A stretch of DNA of 64,000 bases from Azolla caroliniana (taxonomy: Eukaryota > Plantae > Polypodiophyta): the NCBI GenBank assembly GCA_043228905.1, contig JBHGNT010000006.1, positions 1,984,001 through 2,048,000 on the forward strand, given 5' to 3'. This document shows, in pieces, positions 38,196 through 49,350 of this stretch (positions are counted from its first letter, which is position 1; every line of letters starts with the position of its first letter). The position numbers and the translations under genes are program-made. The notes beneath the pieces are model-generated. The model saw nothing but the letters and a program-made list of their open reading frames with translations, had not been told where the DNA came from and ran no database searches.

Positions 38196-38941
38196 CCGTC
38201 AAGCACATCTTCAGGTACCTGAGAGGGACCAAAGATACACAACTAACTTTCGGTTTGACAACCTCGGCTGAAGTCGAAGGCTACACTGACTCGGACTATG
38301 CCGAAAATACGGACAATCGAAAGTCAACATCAAGCTATATTTCCACCTATGGTGGCAGTGTGATATCATGGAGGTCGAAGATTCAAGAGTGCACGACCCT
38401 GTCGACCACAAAGGCCGAGTACATAGCAGCATCGGAGGTAGCGAAGGAAGCGATATGGATGCACCGACCTCTCAGCTACAAGCCGAACCGAACGACCAAT
38501 GCCAACCATCTATTGCGACTCGTAGAGCGCAATACACCTCATCCACAATCCTATCTATCATGCAAAGACAAAGCACATTGAGGTGCGGTATCATCACATT
38601 CGGGAGCTCATAACAAAGAAGAAGCTCAAAGTCCGGAAGATTGACCGGAGTGAACATCGCCGATTGCCTGATGAAACCACTCCCAGATCAAGACTTCGGA
38701 GCACTAAGGACAGAGATGGGACTACGACAAGCGACCAAGCAGGAGAAAAGCCGAACGAAGAGCAAAAGGTGAGAGCTAATCGGATCAACCTTGACGACAC
38801 ATTCTACACCTCTGCCGATTCGGCCATATGACGACCGACTTGTAATATAAATTTAGATTAATTTTGTAATCTAGGTTTACAGGGGAGATAATCCCAAATA
38901 CATGTACGTGTAGAAAAGAGTAGCCCTTTTATGGGGGAGTT

Positions 38942-39202
38942 TGTTGGAATAAAAGGCCGACTCCTTCCACTTTGTATCCTAGTGTGAACTCGTCCATATA
39001 GTTAGGGCTTAGTATATAAGCGATAACCTAACATTGTAAGACTTCTTCTTGAATATAGATGATATATTGACTCTCTAAGGGAGAGAGACAGAGAACGTAA
39101 TAGAGCTTCCATTAAAGCTTCGATCTGTGTATATCTTTTATTCTCTTTCTGTGTTTCTTTCTGAGTACGAACTAAGACAGATTCTCATACACTTACGCTT
39201 CA
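38942..39202 (+). repeat. Copia 3' LTR (~261 bp)
   Basis: TGTTGG...CTTCA, preceded by PPT ATGGGGGAG; TATATAA near 39014. Confidence 0.88.
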
Positions 39203-39279
39203 GGAAACCCAATCATCATCACAACCGACGCGACACAAACTTAAAAAAGTAATGGGTTATATCAATAACATATTGTATG

Positions 39280-40237
39280 GCTGTCAGGCTGGATTTAGGT
39301 ACTTCTAATGTAACAATTGGTATTATTGATATTCTGTTTCTGCAAGAGCATCACCTGTGCATGGAGGATTCAAAAATATGGCTCCATTTTATTAGGATGG
39401 TGGACTCATTTCTGGGTTCCTCCCTTTGGCCCTAATGGCCACCAAGTTGGATTATGCATTGCTATTAGATAACAATTTCAATCTATCATCGTGTCAGCAA
39501 CTACTATTATGAATAAACGGGCACAATTCCTTATAGTAAAAATAAGAACCCAGAAGGTTGGCCTCATGAATCTCTATGCCCTTAATTCTGCGTCAGAAAG
39601 GGCAAGTTTATGGCTATCTCATTCCGATTATGCGGGTTTGGCGGATTGTTGGTTGGTGGGAGGTGACTTTAATATGATTGAGGATGTTGCTAATAGAATG
39701 GGAGGTACAAGTACTACAATTTCAAGACGAGAGGCTAAGTGTTAGGACTATTTTTGTTTTGCCTTTGGTTTGCTTGATTTATGGAAGATGCATTCATTTT
39801 CACATATACAAGGATCCATTCAGTTCTCTCGATTAGATGGGAGTGTGGTTGCTACAAACTTGTCTCAACTAGGCAGATTTTATGCTAGTAGTGTTTTTTG
39901 GTAGGCGGGTGGATCTCTAGGAATTATTCCGAGTTCAACTATCTTTGACCATGCCCCTCTAAAGTTACATGTTACATTTACTAAGAGGCGATCTTCTAAG
40001 TAGTTGTGTATCCCTCCGTTATTGCTATCTGATGATAGTCATCGGATGTTAATCACTCAGATATGGTCGAACGACATTTCTCATATGATTGTTTGCTTAG
40101 CAATATGGTTCGTGCCATACTCGATACAAAGACTCTATTCACAAAAGTAATTTTAACATTCGTTCATCATTGCAATTCAAAAATTTCCAACCTGCGTTGT
40201 GCTCTTGCAGCAGTACAACAACTGTTGGAAAGGTATA
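39280..40237 (+). mobile_element. LINE ORF2 APE-endonuclease remnant
   Basis: DILFLQEHHL, NLYA, WLVGGDFNMIE, RFY, FDHAPL motifs with stops. Confidence 0.8.
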
Positions 40238-41910
40238 TGTTGAGATATTAAGCTCAACTTAGTTTAACCATTTAGTTAACCACGTAACTTTGTAGTTACC
40301 TAGATAGAATCTAGTTAGTGTGTTGATCTTAAAGCCTTAAATAGGATTTTGTACTTGAGTGGATACATTCTAGATCCTCCACTCACATGTTCATTTAATA
40401 TAGGACTTACATCCTTATACATATATTCTACTCACACATGTGCACCCTTGCACATGAGTTGTTTATATACCTCATTGTGGGTATTTTTGTAAGTTGATGA
40501 TGTTTATTAATACCACAATTGCATATGGTATCCAATATATAACAAGCCCTCGTCCTTGCTTATAAGTGGCAATCAACACATTCATTCCATTGAGCCCAAT
40601 GTTATTTGAAACTTTCTATTGTTTCAAGTTGTTGACTACTCTACATGGTATCCAATATATAACAAGCCCTCGTCCTTGCTTATAAGTGGCAATCAACACA
40701 TTCATTCCATTGAGCCCAATGTTATTTGAAACTTTCTATTGTTTCAAGTTGTTGACTACTCTACATGGCGCATTAATAATCCTAGGCGTTTTGGACTCCA
40801 ATTTACTTCATAAATGGTTGTGTAGAATAAATATTGGTCTAACTTTGTCCATAATACATATGCGTTCTTCATATATTAACAATTGTGATTGACCATGTAA
40901 ATTTGGTTTTCATTACATATTTGTCATCTTCCAAGGGTTTCAATTCCATCCTCACAATGGTAAATTGGTTTCTTAAGCTGACATCTTTTCTTCTCTGCAC
41001 AATGATTGTCGATACATACAAAAGAGACAATTGACCTTGATGACTTTAGTTGCGATTATACATCACAATTCATCTCAAAAGTTGAGTTATATTCGAGCTC
41101 AAATTGTTGGTAATCTCTTGGGAGTTATATACGAGCTATTATCCATTGAGTGACGACCAACTTGAGTGCACAAATTAGACGTTAGAGATATCTTTGTTGC
41201 TTCATTAACTATAGATAAGTGTTTGGCTTGGCTTATCACATTTTTTAGGATTTGCCCATAATAATTCACTCCATTCGTCTACTTATTCTATTCTTCTCAA
41301 TCACATGGTTTCATCATTTTAAAAGTATGCTTGAACATCAATAAGTTTCTAGGAATCCTGTTATTGAAGATTTGTCCATGAGATTCGAGAGGAATTTCTC
41401 CTCACCATTTGCGTAATGTTAAGGCCACACGTAAGTTATTGGTTGATTATCATCACCTCAATATTTAGTTGAGATGTGTTACTTTTGTGACGTAATTAGA
41501 AAACCACCATGCCATGTGATAAGTTAGATTATGGATGTCTTGGGCCATCTGGAATATCTACAAAAATTAGTGATGTGTAATTTCATTTAGGTTTTTTTAT
41601 ATGCATTCACCTCATGATCAACATTTCATTGTTGAACCTTGATGGTCCTCTTTCCATTCTCTATTGGGTGGTTCCACACCCACTACTTTCTCAACTTGTT
41701 CATTTAGAAAACTTCAGGGCCAATGTGTGTTTTCAACGCATGCATGATAGTTTATAATGTTTTGTTTGTTGATTTGGGTTATCCTCTCAGTAATGGTCAT
41801 GCTTGGGAACCAGTAGAGAATCTTGCTAACACTCTAGTCGTTGTACTACAATTTTATCATTAATATCCATATTAACCAAGTCCATTATTGAAGGGGAAGA
41901 GGGGGGGCGA
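40238..41910 (+). mobile_element. Decayed chromovirus-type Ty3/gypsy pieces (LTR-like 40238-40522, PBS-like TGGTATC, integrase/chromodomain remnants, PPT)
   Basis: TGTTGA...TTGCA then TATGGTATCC; integrase-like remnant near 41165; WEPVENL near 41805; purine tract GAAGGGGAAGAGGGGGGG at 41890-41907. Confidence 0.55.
40525..40768. repeat. Essentially perfect 120-bp tandem duplication
   Basis: Lines 40561 and 40681 are identical; the repeat runs ATGGTATCCAATAT...CTCTACATGG twice. Confidence 0.95.
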
Positions 41911-43331
41911 TGGTATCATGATATGATCATTATCGATGACACTTTATATTTAGTATGGTACGTTTCATAGTATTATGGGATTTTACATCATGGTTATCGC
42001 AACATTTTATGTTATGCTTATGCATGATAGGCAAGTGGCAAGTATGCACTGTGACGACGTGATGAACACTAGAAGTATTATACATATATAGGGAAGATTT
42101 TAATGTTTAATGTGTTTTTCTTCAATGCCCATAATTGTTGTAGCTATTGTTATCAATGTATTCAATAAAATTCATTTTACTTATTTTCTACTTTTGATAT
42201 AATATTACTTATTTTGTTTTAACTTTGAATTTGTATTGCCACACATGATGGTAGGAGCATTATTCTAGACAATGAACCCGATCAACTAGTTTCAAACAAT
42301 GCTGCACTGAAGAATTGTAAAAAAGGCATTTGAAACATCAAAGAAAATGGCAAAAATAGAACAAACAAAAGGGTTCTCTTCCAATACCTCAAAAAAATAA
42401 TAAATGAAATAATGTAAATTTATGAACTTCTTAAAGGATGGGTTCACATACTCCTGGTCTTAAGCATGCCCATTACTTACTTGTGATGCAAACTTGCCAT
42501 TATGATCATGCATAACCATCATAAATGGTGGTTAAATAATAATATAAAGTGTCACAATAATGAAAAGATATGCAATATAAATGTTATAATAATCATGTCA
42601 TGGGTTCAACTTTCTTCAAACCTATGGCATTTTGTATGGTCATCATAATGATGAAAAATTTGAGCTTCACATGATAACATAAACCCTCTAAGGTGTTGTA
42701 TGATTAGGTGACCTAATTAAGACAACTCTTATGGGGATAAGATGTTGGTAAAGCACAATCGTGAAAACGTCCAAATCGAGTTCCTTTACACTTGTTGTTT
42801 GTACTTTATGGATACAATTAAAAGAACCCATTCATTGCATTGCAGTGGTGCCCTACGCCATGATGCCTTGGTTAGTGTTATGTAATCATAACGTAAGTGA
42901 AGGGTATGTTCACTAATGTTAGAAATGGACTAAGTGCATGCACCATCGTGCATCATGATATTGACAACCAATAGATGGAGAGTATTTTGGAAAAATCACA
43001 TCTGCTCAAGGGGCCTAGGAAGAAGTATAAACATGAAGCCTAACTACCCTCACACGGCACATTATTTCAGAAGGTTGAAGTCTCGAGGCATCAATGGTGT
43101 GGGTGAGGCTTTCATCGTGGCGATTGTGTTACCTCTTCCAAGGTACCCTGTCATCCTAATATGCATTCATGATAGGTTGGTGATGTCTTCATCATAACTT
43201 GAGGGTGTTGGGGAGAATCAGGTTCTTCTATCCAATCTCCTAGTCCCTTCACTCATGTTTTGTAAATATTAGTGACCTACCCTGACTTGCATTATGGGTG
43301 CATAATCGTTAGCCATCTTTGTATTTCTCAG

Positions 43332-43333
<2 letters not shown>

Positions 43334-43365
<32 letters not shown>
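43334..43365. repeat. (CT)n microsatellite
   Basis: Directly visible. Confidence 0.9.
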
Positions 43366-43368
<3 letters not shown>

Positions 43369-43832
43369 TTACAGCTATACCCTTGTGCCAACCAATGTGG
43401 TTACCATCACCCATGCTCATAGGGTTTGAATCTCATCATGTCAATTCGTTTATGATAATCTTGGAATGTAAGGGTATTGTAGTGGTAAACCAAAGGTTCT
43501 ACTATGAGCTCCAAACCTCTGTACATATGTACATACACGATACCTTTGGTGGAAATTGGCGAGAGAGGAGATAAAAGAGTGTCTTCGTGTGAAGAGCACG
43601 CATTGGATGACTTGAGGGGTAATGTGTTTGTTGTATTATTGGGAAATTCTGAAAAAGAATACAGACGGGGAGGAGGGTATTTTGTGGAATTATGTGAAAC
43701 TTCATTAAGAAAAAAGAAGGATCCCTCTTCATTTTTTGAAAGGCTTCGTTCGCGCCGTAACATTCTCACAGAGACAGAGACAGAGACAGAGACAGAGCGA
43801 ACAGGGGAAGCTCTCTCTTCCAAGCTCCAGCT

Positions 43833-43898
43833 ATGGATTGCGACGCTTACGACCATGGTTGTACGTCTCTGAACTCTTCATCGTCTCTGTCTTGTTGA
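43833..43898 (+). other. Upstream duplicate of FANCM exon 1; 21-codon uORF
   Basis: ATGGATTGCGACGC...GAACTCTTCATC aligns with 43970-44020; reads MDCDAYDHGCTSLNSSSSLSC*. Confidence 0.7.
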
Positions 43899-43969
43899 CG
43901 TCAACAACAAAAAAATAAAAAACCACGCACGGGAAACCAGAGAGACAAAAGAACGATTTTCTCTCACCT

Positions 43970-46900
43970 ATGGATTGCGACGCAGACGATCACGATGTAA
44001 ATTCTCCGAACTCTTCATCCTTTCTGCCCCATTTCATTCCCTGGAATAGCTGAAAATTTCCCCTATTCATGTCCGTGGTGTTTTTGGGATTGCTTTAGAT
44101 TGATCAGTTTGCAAGGTTCATAAACATCAAATAGCTTTTTCTTCTTCTTATGTCATTCGTTTTTCTTGATCAGGTCGGGAGGGTAGAGAAACATGCATTT
44201 TTTGTTTTTCTGTTGTTTACGGTTTATGTCAGGTCGGTGTTTTTTTCACGCTTTAAATTGATCATGTGTAAGTGGATACGAATAGTCATTATTTCACGGT
44301 TCAGATTGAGTTTAGTCAATCAGTTTGTGAGTGGGCAAAAACAAGTCTTTTCAGTGTATGCTTCTTTGTATTATTTAGTGTTTCGACTGGGAAGCTGCTG
44401 CGGCTGCAATAGACAGTATTTCCTTGCTGGGAGATGAACAGAAGAATCTCCAAAAGACCACTTCCGCTGTCCAGGAGAAACAGATCTCTATAATTAACAA
44501 GGAAAAATATGAAAATCCGGTTGTCAGGCCACCCTTGTCACATGCTAAGTTGCAGCAGAAGTCTATATTAAATTTTGTGCAGAGACCGAATTCGCATTCT
44601 GTAAATAATTCACATGTGCCTCAATCACATACACATACTGTCAATGATTTGAAGCAACATGTGCTGCAATCCAATCAGCATTTTGTGGATGATTTGATGT
44701 TGCATGATGCACGGTCAAATCAGGATTTTGACTTGAAGCTGCATGCGCAGCGACTTAATCGTCAGTTTGTCAGTGATTCAAAGCTTCATGACAACGATAT
44801 TCTTGATAACAATGAACTCTCCATTGATTTGGATGCAGCCAAAACATGGATCTATCCAGGTTAAGCTCAAAAACTCATGTAGATGATGAATGCGTTTATA
44901 TTGAGACTTTTAGAATGCACAAGGGGATTAAATTGAGAACGTCATGGAAATTTTAAATTCTTGTCTTACACACCATAACAAATCTCAGCCCACATGATTG
45001 CTTTTCTATTGAGAATTTCGAAATGTATTACTGTGATTGGGCATGCATTTGCAGATACTGTAACTTAGAAACTATAAATTGGCATATACACCGTATTTGA
45101 AGGCTTCGTTGTATTTTGTTCCCACTTAAGTAAACCTGACATATTTTCTTGATATTTTTTCTTTCTAGCTCACAGTTAATGTGCCGATGAGAGATTACCA
45201 ATTTTCTATCGTGCAAACTGCATTGTTCTCGAATACATTAGTCTCATTACCGACAGGGCTCGGGAAGACGTTAATTGCAGCAGTTGTAATGTTTAATTAC
45301 TTTCGGTGGTTTCCAAAAGGTGATCTGTGATCATGCTTTTCTGTCTTCTGATTTTTCCACTTACAAGTAGCATTTATCAAATTTTAAACAGTGAATGCTG
45401 TAAAGTCACAAGATAGGTCAATATACATCTTGATGATCTTTTTTTAATGCTTCTGGTGGCTCTTTCAGCGTGCACTGTTCTGTGAGATCATTGAGTTTGT
45501 GGTAACCTGTTTATTACTTCTGTTGATTGTCCTCGCCCCAGTCCATCATCATCATTATTATCATCATCAATCACTTGAAATTCTCTGTGTTCTAGATCAG
45601 TATTTGTAAAGTGCTTGGTCTGTTTTAAATCAATTAGGATGCAAAATAGATAATGTCACCAAGAACCAAATAAAGCAAGCGGTTCTAAATACAAGCCATG
45701 AAAAGAAAGGCCATGAAGTTGTGCACGTGTTCTTAGGTTTCTGTATGTGCTGTATACATGAATCATTATTGGAGATATCCATGAGCCTTTTCCCTTGTAC
45801 CTCTTGTTTTATACCGATATAAAATTTTACCTGCTTCTACTGAAGTTGGTACATCTGTACTATGGCTCTCTAAAGTTATGAAGAAGGCAGGAATGTATTT
45901 GAGTCTATAAAGTTGTGAAGATGATACAAGAGAATATTTTGTGTACAACATTGTTGTGCTTGTGTTTTACAAAGATAAAGGCTGGTGCTCCAGAGAACGG
46001 GAAGATGGTGGCCTTAAAAGTGACCCATGTCTATTCAAAAACCTTCTCCATGAAGTAACCAATGTACTTTCAGTTCAACTATGTTTACAATTTGATATTC
46101 TTGCTTGTCATTATGACTATTGTTTCTTTCACTTGCTTGGAGATGAATCTGGCAAAGGTCTTGCATAAGTGTCATATTTTCTTTCTTGAAATTACAATAA
46201 AACATGAAATATTAAATGAGTCATTTTGGTTTCATCATGATGTGTAGGAAAGATAGTGTTTACAGCGCCCTCACGTCCGTTGGTGCTTCAACAAATAGAA
46301 GCATGCCATGATAGCGTGTGTATCCCTCAGGTATTCCCACATAGTCATTGTTTATCTTTATTAAAGGTAATCTGCTGTCTCTCAGCAAGCATAAGAAGGA
46401 TTGTCCATGGTAAGCATGGAGCATTAAATTATGTAGCTAATGGATGTTTCTTTATGTAATGCCATAACTTTTGTTCCAAATTTAATCATTTGCCCTGAAA
46501 ATATTGCAAAGTCACTAGAATTTTGATACTTGAAGTTAGTGTATAGGTGGGAATAGACACTAAATAATATCAGGGTACTACAATGAAACTTGTGAATTTT
46601 GAAGGATCACTCACATGTATTTCTAAAGCTCAATCCCATATTACAAGGCCTCAGACACAATGACTTGGAAGCAAACGGTCAACAAAATGAAGTGTTATCT
46701 AACAATATTTCTTTATTGCATCCTTTTTGGAGACAGAAAACATGAAACATGCAAGCTTGATCACTCTCCGTCATAGAAATCCATGGACTTGCATGATCCA
46801 TGACCTGATGAAAAAATATTTCTTACTACCAAAATACCAGCTATATAGCAGATAGTTACATCTCAACCTGAAAGTTAACCCACCAATTTGACAAGCACCA

Positions 46901-49310
46901 TCACAGCAACATATCTGTTCTGTTTGCACCTATATGATTCTGTTCTCTACATTTCTACTAAATTTGCTTTACAGGAGTGGACAATCGATATGACTGGTCA
47001 AATGAATCCTGCACATAGATCAGCCAATTGGCATGCCAAGCGTGTTTTCTTTGTGACACCTCAAGTGTTTGAGAAAGATATAGAGTCAGGTTTTCCACTT
47101 TCTTTTTATGCTCCAATTATCATGATTATTATCATTTTGTGTCAATAGCCATTCCACGTGTTCATATACGTTTATGCTTTTGTGTATTTGTAAATGATAC
47201 TAATGGTAGATACTTTTGGAAATCCAGGGTCTTGTCCGTTGAAAGATGTTGTCTGCTTGGTTATAGATGAGGCCCACCGTGCAATGGGCAATTATTCCTA
47301 TTGTGTTGTTGTTAGAAAGGTGCAGTATCTTATCTATGTGCATAAGATATATTTCGAGTTTCAGTATCTTTCTGCATATCTCCTGCAGTTATATTTGTGT
47401 TACAACCCTGTTCATGGCATGTTCTTATGCATTGTCATTGAATGATGAATATGCGAAGCAATTCTATTATTACCAATGCCCTTAAGATGCTATCCTCAAC
47501 TGGGCTGTAAACAGATTTTCATTATGACTTTACTTTTTTTTTTATAGTTGATTGAAGCATGTGTAAGGTTCCGTTTGCTTGCATTGACCGCAACGCCAGG
47601 CTGTATGTATCAAGTTTATTGTTTGCATTTAACTTGAATCTTTCACTGGTATTTTGAATTTGAATGTGGCATGATTTATTATCGTTTTATCCAGCAAAGC
47701 AGGACACTATTCAAGCAGTAGTGGACAACCTTCATATATCATGCTTGGAATATCGAAGTGAAAATGATTCTGATGTTAGAAAGTACATCCATAATAAAAA
47801 GCTAGAACTTCTTCAGGTATGCTCAATTTCTTTTGTCTCTTGCTTTGGAAACACTACAATGTGAAGTGGATGTGTAATGAAGTGGATGGTCTTGTAGTTA
47901 TTGAGATAAAAGTTCAAAAGCTAAGATTGTCCTCACAATCTTTTTTGTTGTATGCATGCCTTCGTGTTGGGCTTTTCATTTTCTATTCTAATTCTTGTTC
48001 TCATTAGTTTTTTGTGTTTCAATCTTCATCGAAGAATTCTGTACTGTTTATATTTGCAACTTTAAGACTTTAGTTTGGTCTTATGTCTTTTGATTACCTA
48101 TTGTTCCTCACATTGATATCCTTAAAAGTGGTTTTATTGAGAGATAATCCTGGTGTACCAGCACAATTGATATTCTTTTCTGTGATGTAACTCCTCATTT
48201 GGAATGGAGGAGGTTATGCCACACACCCTATGAATAGCTGTTATAAATATATTGATACTGTCTCTTTAATATCGGATTGCTTCTAATTTTGTTAATCAGG
48301 TTCCAATGGACTCTGAATCAGTGAAAATCAAGGATCTCTTTCTAGAAATTTTACAACCACTTGTAAACAGGCTTTGTGGTTTCGGTGTATTTTATAGCAA
48401 AGAAGCTGTGCGGGTGAGCGATAAGTTGATAATAGCAGCATTAAATTTTGTGTTGTCTTCAGCAGAAAAGGAAGGATACTGAAAACCTTGAGTGCTTCTC
48501 TTTTTTAATATTTGGGAAAACTAGCTTGCCCCGTATGAATTTTTAACAGCACGAGATAAATTTAGACAAGCACCTCCAACAGGGTTGGACCCAAGACAGT
48601 TCAATGAGGTTGAAGCTTGTTTTGGAGCTACAATTACCCTGTATCATACATTTAAGTTGCTTTTTAGCCATGGAATCCGGCCAGCTTATGAGATGCTGAA
48701 ACAGAAGCTGGAGTCGGGGTATATTCTTTAACAGCTTTATGAGAATGATAGGAAGCTTAACTGGTCTTAAGGCATTGCTTGCAATTGATGAGTTTATTTC
48801 CAGGCCTTTTGCAAGACTAATGGGGAGAAATGAGGTGTTGCATCAAATTAAGTTACTCATGGAGAAACATGTTCGAAATGGAGCCTCAAGTCCCAAACTG
48901 ATAAAATTGCGGGATTTAATGACAGAGCATTTCAGTATGTTTTCTCATTTACTCATATATTTGTAAATAAGAAAAATAGTTAAAGAGGGTCAAATGTAAC
49001 CTTAGAACTTCTTTTGTCTCTGAGATCATTCATGCAGGAGTTCACAACCTGGCATATAGCAGGCCAATTGTGCATAGTAAATTGTGCGTATCTATTTTTG
49101 TTGTAAGTGCTGCTAAATGGACATAATTCTCAGCAGCTGCTTTCTTTACCAACAGCCAAGAGTTCACAAATTTACTAAAGGATTATGCTATCTACAATAT
49201 ACTAAGTATTCATGAATTTCCCTTTTAATTTAAGCAAGCCTCATCCAGACATGGTGTAAGCAACGTTTTTAAGATTTGGACAAAACCAGCCTTTGTTCAC
49301 TCTTCAGATA

Positions 49311-49350
<40 letters not shown>

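Larger units (their letters stand above)
32027..38700 (+). pseudogene. Disrupted copia gag-pol
   Basis: Many stops and frameshifts, short internal deletions, two insertions. Confidence 0.9.
31811..39202 (+). mobile_element. Ty1/copia LTR retrotransposon, decayed, with two nested insertions
   Basis: 5' LTR remnant 31811-31931 matches 39094-39202. PBS TGGTATCAGAGC (tRNA-iMet). Gag (KFDNKNFALWK, zinc knuckle CTHCRKVCHNVSDC), protease WLLDFGAT, integrase (HYRLGH, CEHC, VHTDICGP, QNGVAER), RT (YKARLV, QMDVKTTFLHG, LYVDEML), RNase H (YTDSDYA, AEYIA, TKHIEVRYH). PPT, then 3' LTR 38942-39202. Confidence 0.95.
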
